From Candidatus Latescibacterota bacterium (GTDB lineage Bacteria; Latescibacterota; UBA2968; GCA-2709665): a DNA stretch of 64,000 nt. The notes under the pieces were generated by a model. That model did not search any database. It was not told where the DNA came from and saw only the letters and a program-made list of their open reading frames with translations. Position 1 is the stretch's first letter; every line of letters begins with the position of its first letter. Shown piece by piece: positions 52,353 to 63,184 of the stretch. The position numbers and the translations under genes were made by a program. The DNA lies in NCBI GenBank assembly GCA_965203805.1, contig OZ241917.1, forward strand, positions 5,376,001 to 5,440,000, given 5' to 3'.

Positions 52353-53378
52353 TTACCTGTATGGAGGGGCGTAAAGCAAGCCGCCATCGGTCCACAGAGC
52401 ATTCACGCCTCTTTCAAGTCCGATGTCCGTTTTCACACCCAGGTATCGTTCGAATATCTGTCCGTAGTTGCCAACTGAAGAAATGACGTTAACCGTCCAG
52501 TCAGGGCTCAGTCCGAGCATGGCGCCGTACTCGCCCTCAGAGCCGAGCATTCTGTTGATTTCAGCGTCTTTGCTCATCTGACCGGCCATTTCAGCGACAT
52601 TGTCTGAAGTGATCCCCTTTTCTTCTGCGATGATCAGAACGTTCAGTACCCAGCGAACCACGTCACCCCATTCATCATCGCCGTGTCGAACGAGTGGCCC
52701 CAGGGGTTCTTTGGATACGACTTCCGGCAGAACGACGTGGTCATCCGGATTGTCCAGGGCTGCGCGGGTTGCGGCAAGTCCCGAACGGTCCGTCGTATAG
52801 ACGTCGCATCGTCCACTGAGGTAATTCTGACGCGCTTCTTCATTCGATTCGATTGGAACGGGCTCGTATTTCATATCGTTGCGACGGAAATAATCGGCCA
52901 GGTTCAATTCCGTCGTCGTCCCGGTCTGAATACACACCGAAGCGCCATCGAGGTCGGTTGCGCTGGATACGCCTAACGATGCGGGAACCATGAACCCCTG
53001 TCCGTCGTAGAAACTCACGCCCAGAAAGGTCAGTTTGAGATCGACGTCCCGACTGTAGGTCCACGTCGTGTTCCTGGAGAGTATGTCGATTTCGCCGGCT
53101 TTAAGCGCCTCGAAGCGGGTTTTTCCAGTCAGGTTGGTGTATTTGACCTTTGATGCGTCGCCAAATACCGCTGCCGCAACACCTTTACAAAGTGCGACGT
53201 CAAATCCTCTCCAGTTTCCTTGATCGTCCGTAAAGGCAAAGCCCGCCAACCCTGTATTGATACCGCATTGAAGGTGTCCTCTTGCCCTTACGTCATCGAG
53301 TGTGCCTGCCTGGCCAATCCCGGTTATCGCAAACCCGGCCACCGCAAGGATGAGCGAACGAATGGTCAACCGTTTCAT
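52353..53378 (-). CDS. aapJ: amino-acid ABC transporter substrate-binding protein (AapJ/BztA)
   Basis: signal peptide, TLDDVRARGHLQCG, LSRNTTWT, SKEPLGPLVRHGD, GLLYAPPYR. Confidence 0.92.
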   Translation of the reverse strand: MKRLTIRSLILAVAGFAITGIGQAGTLDDVRARGHLQCGINTGLAGFAFTDDQGNWRGFDVALCKGVAAAVFGDASKVKYTNLTGKTRFEALKAGEIDILSRNTTWTYSRDVDLKLTFLGVSFYDGQGFMVPASLGVSSATDLDGASVCIQTGTTTELNLADYFRRNDMKYEPVPIESNEEARQNYLSGRCDVYTTDRSGLAATRAALDNPDDHVVLPEVVSKEPLGPLVRHGDDEWGDVVRWVLNVLIIAEEKGITSDNVAEMAGQMSKDAEINRMLGSEGEYGAMLGLSPDWTVNVISSVGNYGQIFERYLGVKTDIGLERGVNALWTDGGLLYAPPYR

Positions 53379-53849
53379 CGATGATCTCCTTGTTGAAGGT
53401 CAACTTACACATAACCGCGGAAGAATGCGCCCTTGACGGGCGGCTAAGATACGAAGGCCGGTCGTTATTCCCAAGTCGAAAAACAGCGATCAGCAAAGCA
53501 GCCTTCAGCTATCAGCGGCCAGCCGTCAGCTTGAGTCAAATGCGCCCTCACCCCCCAACCCCCTCTCCCGCAGGGAGAGGGGGAGCAGAACGGGGAGACC
53601 GTCTCTTTAGTAGGGGCGGTTCGCGAACCGCCCGCTTTATGTGGCGGACCGAGGTAAGGATCCATCGGTTTGGCCCGGAATCGTGAGCATTTGTCCCGCT
53701 CCTGCCTCTTTCCTGCATCAGGTCTTGCTCCGGCTCCTGGCTTCTAATCCTGCTTAATCTTGCTAAATCTTGTTAATCCTGATCGGTCTTTGTCCTGTCC
53801 ATCCATGTATGTCCATGTTCAGGTGAATTATTTAGGTTAAGGAGATCCT

Positions 53850-55214
53850 GTGAAACGCGAACACATTTTCGCCCACTACGAACAGGACGCAACGCGGTAC
53901 TGGAAGCTGAGAGAGGGCGGTTACGCCACTCCGATGAGTGTGTTTCAGGGAGAGGAAGTGACCTTTCACATCTCGAATTCCAGATCGTACTACGACGTGT
54001 TCGTGTACCACGAAGGCGCGCGGCGTCGACTCGTGAAGGAGATCAACAACCTGCGCGGTGCGCTTCCTCCGATCCCCGGATTCGGATATCGCGACGGTTT
54101 CGACTGGCCCGCCACGGTGACGTTCCGCGTCCCGCGCGACTGGAAGAGCGGCGTCTACATCGCCGGTTTTCCCACCGCCCAGGGGGTCCGCGAAATCCTG
54201 TTCGTGGTTCGTCCTCGTGTTCCCTCAGCCCCCATGCTTCTGACCATCGAGACCAATACCTATGCCGCGTACAACCCGGTGGGCGGCAAAAGCCTCTTCC
54301 ACTATCTGTCCACCGACCGCACCCACAGCGACCTGGTGACGTTCGAGCGACCCCTGCAGCCGGATATCATGGGCGGGTTCTACGCCTGGGACCAGTTCAT
54401 TACGTCCTGGCTGGACGCCGAGGGATATACCGTGGACTATTGTATCAACGCGGACCACGACCAGGACGGGGAGCTTCTCGACAACTATGCCTCGCATCTG
54501 AGGATCGGACACGGTGAGTATACCAGCCGGGAGGAATGCGAGCAGCTCCAGCGGTTCGTTGCCCGGGGTGGGAACCTGATCGTGCTGGCGGGTAACTCGT
54601 TCTCGCACCTTGTGGAGACAAGGGGCAACGGTCGCCAGCTCTATTGCGCCAAGACCCGGTACAAAAAACACCCGCTGGGCACTCCGGAAGACCCGCACAC
54701 ATCCCTGCTCCGCGGGATCGACAACCTTCGGCAGCGTACCATCGGGGTTTCCTATTCGGCCGCCGTCCACGCGAAGACCCGGACGCCCGGCGTGTTTATC
54801 GCGCCCACAACCGGGGAGTACGGATTCTTCCGCGTGAGCCGGCCCGACCACTGGGCGTTCGAGGGGACCGGGCTGCGGGAAGGGGACGAGTTCGGGCGTG
54901 AGGACTCGATCGTCGGCGTGGAATGCGACGGCGGCGACGTCGAGTTCAGGGAAGGAAAGCCGTACTTCACCGGCAGCGACGGGATCAGCCCGCATTACCG
55001 GATCATCGCGATAGGTGACGCCGAAGACCACGGATTCAACGCGGACCTCGGCATTCATTACGACCGGTTCTACGCGACCATCGCCGTCAACGAAACCGAG
55101 TTCAAGGGGACCGTCTTCACGGCGGCCACCATGGAGTGGTCGCACGGCCTCTACCGGGACGACGGTCCCGTGGCGCAAATCACCCGCAACGTCCTGGGCA
55201 GGCTGGGAGGGTAG
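53850..55214 (+). CDS. N,N-dimethylformamidase beta-subunit family domain protein
   Basis: AGGAG RBS with GTG start; WKSGVY, TYAAYN..GGKSL, VTFERP, WLDAEGY, GHGEY, VGVECD, ITRNVL. Confidence 0.75.
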   Translation: MKREHIFAHYEQDATRYWKLREGGYATPMSVFQGEEVTFHISNSRSYYDVFVYHEGARRRLVKEINNLRGALPPIPGFGYRDGFDWPATVTFRVPRDWKSGVYIAGFPTAQGVREILFVVRPRVPSAPMLLTIETNTYAAYNPVGGKSLFHYLSTDRTHSDLVTFERPLQPDIMGGFYAWDQFITSWLDAEGYTVDYCINADHDQDGELLDNYASHLRIGHGEYTSREECEQLQRFVARGGNLIVLAGNSFSHLVETRGNGRQLYCAKTRYKKHPLGTPEDPHTSLLRGIDNLRQRTIGVSYSAAVHAKTRTPGVFIAPTTGEYGFFRVSRPDHWAFEGTGLREGDEFGREDSIVGVECDGGDVEFREGKPYFTGSDGISPHYRIIAIGDAEDHGFNADLGIHYDRFYATIAVNETEFKGTVFTAATMEWSHGLYRDDGPVAQITRNVLGRLGG

Positions 55215-55466
55215 GTAGGAGGAGCCCTGCGTGCCAATATAGTGAAACGACAGAAAATGAAGTTACGCCGGGTCAGCCGAGGAACTTGTGGCTTGAAATA
55301 TATGATTATGTAGATTCTACTGTGGCGAGGGTAACTGTCCGGTGGAACGCACCGCTTAACGGAACGAAGCCACTCTCATACGTTGTTGAAATTGGGAATT
55401 CAGATCTGTCTGATGTGGCCGCCAGTTTCACTGTGCGCAATGGCTTCGGGTTAGCGGCCCGTGTGA

Positions 55467-55631
55467 AACTGGGTTGATATCGTTGATTGGACAGATTTTA
55501 TTGCAGGAGTTTGGTGGTTCGCCGAGATTGTCACGATGCTCACGAATGAAAAGCGACGGGCCTTACACGACTTTATTGCGGGAACGGTTGTGGTGAGGAT
55601 GAATGTGGAGGAAGATGAATGTCAGACATAA
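55467..55631 (+). pseudogene. RDD-family protein C-terminal fragment
   Basis: manual translation ...WWFAEIVTMLTNEKRRALHDFIAGTVVVRM...; no start codon in frame. Confidence 0.65.
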
Positions 55632-56311
55632 CGAAAAGAATGATAGGTGTTTTCATTACACCAGGTAGAACCTTTACAGCGCTCCGTGCGGAGACCCAAA
55701 ACGAGGATTGGTGGGTACCGATACTTGCGGTGACTTTTGTCGCTTTGGCTCAAGGATATTTGTTGTTTCCTGATGCTTTAGAAAAATCAGTATATGATCA
55801 ACTTCAACATATTGAAAACATCGACAAGAAAAACTGGCCCTTGCATCTTCACAATGCTCGTTTAACGGGTTTGAATTCTGCCTATACCACTTCGCTTGGT
55901 CGAGCTATTGGTATTTTTCTTACGGCTGTTATTTGGTGGGGAATACTTCGTGTAATATTTCGAAGCAACGTTACTTATAAAATAGTCTTAGCAGTGACAA
56001 GCTATAGCTTTCTTATTCAAGTCCTTGAGGCGGTGATTACAGTACCATTTGCCATGGATGCCAGGTTGACTCAAGTACAAATCCGCCTGGGGTCATTAGT
56101 ACCTGAATCTTTAGATGGAGTTCTTTTCTTTGACTATCTGTCCTTAATCTCGGTATTTGATCTCTGGAAATACGCTGTAATGGGGTTTGGTTTAATAATC
56201 GTTGGTGGCATTGAATCGAAAATAGCGAAGTACTGTTTATTCGTTCTCTGTCTGTTGAGTGCCTTGGGAGCGGCTGGCCAGGAGTGGGGGCCGTCGATTA
56301 GGTTCAAGTAA
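55619..56311 (+). CDS. Yip1-family membrane protein
   Basis: GVFITPGRTFTAL..WWVP, about 5 TM helices; low GC; C-terminus probably clipped by the IS remnant. Confidence 0.75.
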   Translation: MSDITKRMIGVFITPGRTFTALRAETQNEDWWVPILAVTFVALAQGYLLFPDALEKSVYDQLQHIENIDKKNWPLHLHNARLTGLNSAYTTSLGRAIGIFLTAVIWWGILRVIFRSNVTYKIVLAVTSYSFLIQVLEAVITVPFAMDARLTQVQIRLGSLVPESLDGVLFFDYLSLISVFDLWKYAVMGFGLIIVGGIESKIAKYCLFVLCLLSALGAAGQEWGPSIRFK

Positions 56312-56314
56312 TAC

Positions 56315-56815
56315 ACACGAGAGTCAGGAAGACCTCCTGGGCTTTCGTGTCGATCTCGGAGCATGGAGGGAGGTCCTGCTCGGGCCAAACCGACGACTTC
56401 GACTGCGTCCGCGAGGTTGGAGACCAAACAACCTGCGCCAGCGTCGCATCATCGGGCAACACACTGGAAGGCTCCAGCCATCCCTCACGGCCTGCCACGT
56501 CACGAAGCGCCTGCCTGTGCGTGTACGCACGCAGACAGGCGCCGGGCTTCTGCCGACCCATCAACCCTGAACGGGCGATCGCAAGGTCCGAATCGCCCAA
56601 CCGCATGCGCGTCAATACCTGGCGATACTGATACATCTCGAACCTCCGGTTTGCCATGTCCTTCCCTCCTGACTATCGGGGAGACAGAAAGAAGGTAGAA
56701 CCGTTGCCGGATAGTCCGAAACCTTTATCGCATACCAGGTGGCCTCATTAGGGCGATCTTCAGCTGGCCTCATTATGCCGATCCCGCATTGGCCGCATTT
56801 GGGCGATCTTTAACA
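56315..56815 (-). mobile_element. truncated IS21-family element (left end plus istA 5' fragment)
   Basis: end TGTTAAAGATCG.. at 56815 with reiterated GATCG.C.TAATGAGGCCA motifs; MANRRFEMYQYRQVLTRMRLGDSD..IARSG from 56657. Confidence 0.75.
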
Positions 56816-56852
56816 GACAATATCAGATTTTCTCATCTTCGGCCTTTTCGTC

Positions 56853-59261
56853 TTACTCATCTCTGAGCGTATTCGCCGGATTCGCCGTTGCGGCCCTGTA
56901 AGTCTTATAACTGACCGTGAACATCACAAAAGCAAACGTCAGCACGGCGCCAGTGATGATGGGTTCGATCAAGTCTACTCGATAGACGAAACTCTGAAGC
57001 CACTGCCTTAAGGAGAAGTACGCGATTACCCCGGCAAATATAGTGGCCAGTATTAGTATTCTTATGTAGTCAATGGACAGGTGCGCCATCAGACGCGGTA
57101 TAGGCGCGCCGAATACCTTTCGTATTCCAATTTCCTTCGTCCTTCGTGCTACGGAGAAACCAGTCACACCAAAGGTGCCGAAGCACGCTAAGCCCAAAGC
57201 AAGAAATGCCAAGAGTTGAATGACATCCAACCATTTTCCATCCTTCTTGTACTGGTTCTTCAGGTCATCTTCGAGAAATTTAGCCCGAAAGGGCTGTAAT
57301 GGCGCGATGTCGTTCCATTCCTTCCGAAGTATATCGAGAACTTGTCGATCCTCGTCGGAAGTCGATAGGACAAATGCAATGTCACAAAAATCAGGGTCTA
57401 GGAAAATTACGGCTGGCCTCACCTGCTCGTGCAAGGATCGAAAGTGGAAATCCCTGACCACGCCGACGATTGGCACGTCTCTATTACCGTTCCATTCTAG
57501 AATTTTGTCTGAAGCGCTTTGCCATCCAAACTGTCTCATGAGGGCCTGATTTATAATGACGGCTTCTCGGTCGGCGGGAATCGACTTTGAAAAGTCCCGT
57601 CCCTCCAAAATTGCGATTCTTAGCGTCTCTAAGAATCCATAATCCACACCGATCGTCTCAACTCCACGGACTGTCCTGCCCTCGGCTTTAACAAACCCTC
57701 CGGACCCTTGCCTATTGCTAAGTGGATGTCGACCTCTTGTCACCCCAGTCACGATTGGATACGTTGCTAATCTATCCACAAAAGCTCCCACCAAGCCGGG
57801 CGAAGTTTCCGAAAGTTGCCCGGTTTCAACTATAATTACGCCATCTGTCCGGAATCCCGGACTTTTGTGCGCGATAAAATCGAGTTGGGCTTTCATCGCA
57901 AGTGTACTAATCATCAAGACCATAGACATCGCAAGCTGGACTACAAGCATCAACTGCATCAGAGAGCCGGGATTCCGGATCATAAGTTGAGCACCAATGA
58001 TATCAGTCGGCTGAAGTCGAGATAATGCCAGGGCGGGATAGAGTCCTGCTATCAGCCCAATGACCAGGGAAAGAAGAATCACGGACAGTGACGTTGTAAC
58101 TCCTAACTGTCCATAAAGGCTAATGCTGGTCCCCATAAGGGAATTGAAACTTGGCAAGATCGCGCCCACGAAACCTAGCCCAACCAAAAAGGCCAATAGT
58201 GCCAGCAAGACAGACTCCACGAGGTATTGAGAGACGAACTGAAACCTCCGGGCGCCGAAAACCCGGCGAACACCCGTCTCCGTCGTACGCAAAAACGAAC
58301 GACCAATAGCCAGAGCAGAAAAGTTGACACATGAAATTGTAATTACAATTAACGCGATTCCGGAAAAAACATATATATAAACTGGATTTGTCGAGCGTTC
58401 GACTCCCAGGGTCTGTTGGTCAAAATGAACTTCATTGAAGGGCTGCAGCGACAGGCTTATTGCTACGGTAGCTTGCCTCCCCCACATTCTCTCGACGACT
58501 CTGGGCAGCCTGTCCTCGATATTTCTAGGCTTTAGGTATTCGGGTAAGAGTACAAATGTCGTGGCAACGGGAAACATCCTTAAGATGCCTTTGAGAGATT
58601 CACCTGGATCGGCGGGAGCCCCTGCCGACGCCACGGTACGTACGCCTACAGTAGCCCATGAATTTAAGTATGCATCTGCCGCATCGGCTGGCACCAGACA
58701 ATCAAACTCAATACTGGAATTTTCCGGAAGTCTTGACAGTACACCGGTAACCGTATAGAGTTCTTTCTCGTCTAAAGTTACGATCTTGCCAACCGGGTTA
58801 ACGCCTGGAAACAGTTTCCGCGCCACCTTCTCGGTGATCACAATTGAACGCACGTCAATAAGCGGCATTGACACATCTCCCATTGCCATCGGAAATGAAA
58901 AGACATCGAGAAATGAGGGATCCACGTAACTCACCCAAAATCTTAATGACTTCTCCCCGTACGCTACTGAGCCCCTGGCTTTGAAGATCCTAACAACCTT
59001 GGCATTCGGAACCTCGCGGGCAATGGCGGGGCCGAGAGGCCAAGCCGTGCGGCTCATGAATTGATCACCGGACCTTTGGCGAATTCTGTAAATTCGCTCT
59101 GCATTGACATGAAAGAGATCGTAAGTCAATTCGTTATATACAAATACAACCGCAAGCATACCGAATGCCACGGCGACCGATACACCTACGAGATTGATCA
59201 ACGAAACCAATTTGTCTTTAAGAAAGCTTCTGATAGCCAGAACAACGTAATTGCGAAACAT
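56853..59261 (-). CDS. ABC transporter permease (duplicated MacB/FtsX type)
   Basis: MFRNY..LAIRSFLK, RTTETGVRRVFGA, RRTKEIGIRKVFGA, AATANPANTLRDE. Confidence 0.88.
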   Translation of the reverse strand: MFRNYVVLAIRSFLKDKLVSLINLVGVSVAVAFGMLAVVFVYNELTYDLFHVNAERIYRIRQRSGDQFMSRTAWPLGPAIAREVPNAKVVRIFKARGSVAYGEKSLRFWVSYVDPSFLDVFSFPMAMGDVSMPLIDVRSIVITEKVARKLFPGVNPVGKIVTLDEKELYTVTGVLSRLPENSSIEFDCLVPADAADAYLNSWATVGVRTVASAGAPADPGESLKGILRMFPVATTFVLLPEYLKPRNIEDRLPRVVERMWGRQATVAISLSLQPFNEVHFDQQTLGVERSTNPVYIYVFSGIALIVITISCVNFSALAIGRSFLRTTETGVRRVFGARRFQFVSQYLVESVLLALLAFLVGLGFVGAILPSFNSLMGTSISLYGQLGVTTSLSVILLSLVIGLIAGLYPALALSRLQPTDIIGAQLMIRNPGSLMQLMLVVQLAMSMVLMISTLAMKAQLDFIAHKSPGFRTDGVIIVETGQLSETSPGLVGAFVDRLATYPIVTGVTRGRHPLSNRQGSGGFVKAEGRTVRGVETIGVDYGFLETLRIAILEGRDFSKSIPADREAVIINQALMRQFGWQSASDKILEWNGNRDVPIVGVVRDFHFRSLHEQVRPAVIFLDPDFCDIAFVLSTSDEDRQVLDILRKEWNDIAPLQPFRAKFLEDDLKNQYKKDGKWLDVIQLLAFLALGLACFGTFGVTGFSVARRTKEIGIRKVFGAPIPRLMAHLSIDYIRILILATIFAGVIAYFSLRQWLQSFVYRVDLIEPIITGAVLTFAFVMFTVSYKTYRAATANPANTLRDE

Positions 59262-59355
59262 CGTTTTAGGTCCGGTACCCTACGTGCCAATATAGAGTGA
59301 GACAACTCCCACTCCGAGATTAATGTCGTATAATGGGCGGAGAGGAGAGCATGAG

Positions 59356-59823
59356 ATGAGGTCAAGAATCGATGTTGGAGACAACGGCAGCAAGGGTTCT
59401 CTGGTTGTGGAGGTCCCGCGCGGGACCTCCACAACCACGAGGCCGGATCCGGAGGTGCCGGCGCGGGCGAAGCGTCGCCGGTTCACCGCCCGGTACAAGC
59501 TTCGCATCCTGGAAGAGGCGGATGCTTGCCGGGCTCCTGGTGAAGTTGGCGCGTTGCTGCGTCGCGAAGGGTTGTATTCCTCGCAGTTGACGCAGTGGCG
59601 TCGTGCGCGTCGAGAGGGATCGCTCAAGGCGCTAACCAGGCCGCGGGGACCCAAGGGGCGTCGTCGTGACGAGGTCGCCGTCGAGAACGAGCAACTGCGC
59701 AAGGAAAACGCGCGGCTGCGGCGACGGCTGGAACAGGCGAACACCATCCTCGAGATCCAAAAAAAAGCCTCCGAGATCTTGGGCATCCCCCTGCCCCGTC
59801 CGCCGGCCGACGACGACGTATGA
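59356..59823 (+). CDS. IS3 transposase OrfA
   Basis: RRRFTARYKLRIL, LLRREGLYSSQLTQWR HTH, leucine-zipper-like tail. Confidence 0.85.
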   Translation: MRSRIDVGDNGSKGSLVVEVPRGTSTTTRPDPEVPARAKRRRFTARYKLRILEEADACRAPGEVGALLRREGLYSSQLTQWRRARREGSLKALTRPRGPKGRRRDEVAVENEQLRKENARLRRRLEQANTILEIQKKASEILGIPLPRPPADDDV

Positions 59824-60833
59824 TACGTGCGGCCGAACACCTCGCCCCAAAAGTGGGGTTGGCTTCAGCATGCCGGGCATTGGGTGTGGCGCGAGCCTCG
59901 GTATACCGTCATCGAAAGCCACGTCCAACGTGTCCGGGTCGGTCGCGCCGCTCTTCGCCCCGTGCGCTTTCCCCGGAAGAGCGTGTCCAGGTCCTGGACA
60001 TCCTGCACGAGGATCGCTTTTCAGACCGGGCGCCGGCAGCCGTGTATGCCACGCTGCTGGAGGAAGGACGGTATGTCTGCTCGATCCGGACCATGTACCG
60101 GCTGCTTCACGATGCCCACGAGGTGCGTGAGCGGCGCGACCAGCTCCGTCATCCACGTCTCGAACCCCCTCGGTTGATGGCCCGTGCGCCCAACCAGGTG
60201 TGGACATGGGACATCACGCGGTTGCCGGGACCCCGAAAATGTGTGACGTATCCCCTCTACGTGGTGTTGGATCTGTTCTCGCGCTACGTCGTGGCCTGGA
60301 TGGTCGCCACCAGGGAGAGCGCCACCCTGGCCAAGCGGCTGATTACCAACGCCTGTGCCAAGCAGGGCATTCAACCCGGACAACTGACGCTGCACCAGGA
60401 TCGCGGCGCGCCCATGAAGGCGAAGTCGTTTTCGCAAATGCTGATCGATCTCGACATCCTGGCCAGCTACAGCCGACCTCGCGTATCGGATGACAACCCG
60501 TATTCTGAAAGCCAATTCAAGACGCTCAAATACGCGCCATCATACCCCGAGCGCTTCACCTATCCGCAAGAAGCGCGCACCTATTTACAGGCCTTCTTTA
60601 CCTGGTACAACACACAACACCGACACAGCGGCCTGGGCTTACTCACGCCCGACAACGTCCACTATGGGCTGACACAACAGATTCAAGACGCCAGCCAAAC
60701 CGTGCTCGACCACGCTTATCACAACCACCCTGAACGATTTGTTAAGGGGCATCCTCGTCCACCACGCGTCCCGGACGAAGTCTGGATTAACCAACCCCAG
60801 AACGCCATCGAATGCCATCAGTTGCTTCACTAA
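59820..60833 (+). CDS. IS3 transposase OrfB (DDE)
   Basis: PNQVWTWDIT, DLFSRYVVAW, LHQDRG, DNPYSESQFKTLK. Confidence 0.9.
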   Translation: MIRAAEHLAPKVGLASACRALGVARASVYRHRKPRPTCPGRSRRSSPRALSPEERVQVLDILHEDRFSDRAPAAVYATLLEEGRYVCSIRTMYRLLHDAHEVRERRDQLRHPRLEPPRLMARAPNQVWTWDITRLPGPRKCVTYPLYVVLDLFSRYVVAWMVATRESATLAKRLITNACAKQGIQPGQLTLHQDRGAPMKAKSFSQMLIDLDILASYSRPRVSDDNPYSESQFKTLKYAPSYPERFTYPQEARTYLQAFFTWYNTQHRHSGLGLLTPDNVHYGLTQQIQDASQTVLDHAYHNHPERFVKGHPRPPRVPDEVWINQPQNAIECHQLLH

Positions 60834-60884
60834 ATTCCAACGAGAGTTGTCTCATTTCTATTGACATGTTCCGGACAACATCAA

Positions 60885-60913
60885 AGCCCAGGGGCGGGAA
60901 TCCCTCCCTGGGC
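60885..60913 (-). terminator. GC-rich hairpin downstream of the TPR gene
   Basis: agcccagggg...ccctgggct inverted repeat. Confidence 0.45.
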
Positions 60914-60946
60914 TAGTCTTGTTTGGTCAACAGAAGGAGATACTTA

Positions 60947-61867
60947 TTAAAGTAGATTTGAGATATTCAATGATTGTAAGATCTCATCTTGCGAGATATT
61001 CGCTTTAAGAGAAGGATCTAACTCGAGAGCCGTTTTTAAATGAGTAATGGCTGAATCTTTTTTACCTTTTGACATATAGGTTCGTGCCAAATTATACCAC
61101 ACGATACCGTATTTTGGATTGAACTGAAAGGCTTGATTGAATGCGTCAAGGGCGTCATTATACTTGTGTAGATGGAATAGAGCACTACCTTTTCTGTTCC
61201 AGGCAATAGCTGCATTTGAAGAGTCTGGATTCATTTGTAAGACGATCTCAGAATTTTCGATTACCTTCTCATATTGTTCTAAAGCGAATAGCGGTACGGT
61301 GCGAGCATTCCATAGATTAATGTCGTCGGGTGTTTTTCTGATCGCATAGTCATAAGTGCTTAAGGCTTCTTGAAACGCATTCAAGCGCATTAATTGATAT
61401 GCTCTACCTTCGAGTAATAGTATCTCAAATGTCGGGGCATTGTGACCTTTACTTGCCTTTACTGGATTGTCAGCTCCTATATTGAGTAGTCGATCATACT
61501 CCATTATTGCTTTTGTTGGCTTACCGGCAAATCCTAATGCCTGAGCCTTTAGTAGTGCGGCATTGTGATTATTTGGATCGATCGCCAGTAGCCGGTCATA
61601 GGCGGCGACAGCTTCTTCATATCGCTTTAGTCGATAAAGTACATCAGCCTTAGAGTCCCAAGCGGTTACGTCTGTTGAGTCTAAGTTTGTTAGATGGATG
61701 TAAATTTCTAATGCCTCTCTATAGGCTTTTTCGTGTTTTAATGTTGAACCTTTTTGATGCCAATATTTGCTATTACTGTAGTTCAGGTAAGGCCATAAAA
61801 CAATACTGCCGAATACAACACCAGCGATGATACTTATCCATATACAGAGTTTCTTGAAGTGGTTCAT
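60947..61867 (-). CDS. membrane-anchored TPR protein
   Basis: N-terminal TM and repeated TPR motifs (AWDSKADVL, AWNRKGSALF, WYNLARTY); low GC. Confidence 0.85.
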   Translation of the reverse strand: MNHFKKLCIWISIIAGVVFGSIVLWPYLNYSNSKYWHQKGSTLKHEKAYREALEIYIHLTNLDSTDVTAWDSKADVLYRLKRYEEAVAAYDRLLAIDPNNHNAALLKAQALGFAGKPTKAIMEYDRLLNIGADNPVKASKGHNAPTFEILLLEGRAYQLMRLNAFQEALSTYDYAIRKTPDDINLWNARTVPLFALEQYEKVIENSEIVLQMNPDSSNAAIAWNRKGSALFHLHKYNDALDAFNQAFQFNPKYGIVWYNLARTYMSKGKKDSAITHLKTALELDPSLKANISQDEILQSLNISNLL

Positions 61868-62613
61868 ACTCCCTCCACACAGTAGTTTAAAAAAGCACTG
61901 ACTACCGTTGTAAGATTACATGCACTGTGAAAGATAATACATAAACTCAGCTTCTTTGTTGTCTCATAAATATATGCCGTAAAGATGGCCATTAAAACCA
62001 AAAGGATAAAGTGCGATAATTCAATTCCCAAAAGTCCATGAGAAAATAGATTCGAGTAAGAGGGGACGTGGCCAAATACGAACCAAATTATCGAGATAGA
62101 ATATGCTGGCAGACGTCCTTTATTTAGTAGGGCTGAAAATAGGACGCCTCTGTGGGTGATTTCTTCTTGAAGTGGAACTATGAGATTTAACACAGTGGCG
62201 AATATGGTGCTAATAAGGGCAATATGGAATGAATCTTGGAAATTATCTTGCCAGACCATAATAGAGGAAAAAAGTGCAAGACAAACTCCGATAAAGGCCC
62301 AATATAGACTTTGTGTAAGGGAAGGTAGAGAATTGAATAGTAAGGCTTTTATAGAGATCCCAGCGTATTTTTGGATAATTAGATAGACAGCAGCAAGGCG
62401 AAATATGTATAGAACAAAGACTTGAATATCCAGATAGAGTTGTCTATCGAACATATGGGTTGGGTGTCCATATTGTTCAGTAAGTAAGGAGATGATTAAT
62501 TTTAACGGAGGTTCGGTAATAACGTATAATAGTTGAAATAGACTGAATAGAATGGTTGTTAAGATAATACCTTGCTGAAAACCTATATGAAATTTGGCTT
62601 TATCCATATCCAT
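61864..62613 (-). CDS. CPBP (Abi/CAAX) intramembrane protease
   Basis: PLQEEITHRG, FVFGH, IIFHSACN motifs. Confidence 0.85.
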   Translation of the reverse strand: MDMDKAKFHIGFQQGIILTTILFSLFQLLYVITEPPLKLIISLLTEQYGHPTHMFDRQLYLDIQVFVLYIFRLAAVYLIIQKYAGISIKALLFNSLPSLTQSLYWAFIGVCLALFSSIMVWQDNFQDSFHIALISTIFATVLNLIVPLQEEITHRGVLFSALLNKGRLPAYSISIIWFVFGHVPSYSNLFSHGLLGIELSHFILLVLMAIFTAYIYETTKKLSLCIIFHSACNLTTVVSAFLNYCVEGV

Positions 62614-62745
62614 TGTAATGAGCCTTCGTGGGCTTATTGATATGGCTGACAGTTCACTTAATCTAATCCACCATTACCATTACGCCGTACAGGTTCCGCG
62701 ATTCGAAGATGCAGCCTGAATGTGGTACCTGTGTACGGTTCTGTT

Positions 62746-63184
62746 TCAGGCGTTCCAGAACTGCGCATTTTCTGGCTGTGACTCAATCGCTTTGTCTATA
62801 TATGCCAACGACTCTGTGTGCCTACCCAAAGCGCTAAGGGGACCGTCCGCGCGCGACGATTGCCTCAGTGTAATTGGGTTTAATCGCGATCGCCTCATCA
62901 AAGCTCTTGATAGCCGATTCGTATTGTCTCAATTCTTCTTGAACTAAGCCAGGATCTTCCCACGCCTGGTGCACGTCCACGGGCTTGAGCCGGATTACTT
63001 CCCCTAAATGCGCAGATGCTTCGCGATAACGCTGGCTTTTTGCAAGTTTGGTCGCTTGATCCCAAATCCGATAAGGGTCATCACCCCATTGGGGCGAATT
63101 ACCATCCATCGCACCATTGGCAAGCTGCTGGAACGAGAAAATCGATATGCACGAAACCAGGCTCATTACTACATTCCGACGCAT
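62746..63184 (-). pseudogene. frameshifted TPR protein
   Basis: TPR frame ends at ARGRSP*; continues in another frame as LSALGRHTESLAYIDKAIESQPENAQFWNA*. Confidence 0.65.

Larger units (their letters stand above)
59285..60866 (+). mobile_element. IS3-family insertion sequence
   Basis: IRs tgccaatatagagtgagacaactc and gagttgtctcatttctattgaca (may extend about 10-15 bp further); orfA/orfB; A8G slippery site at 59759-59767. Confidence 0.88.
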
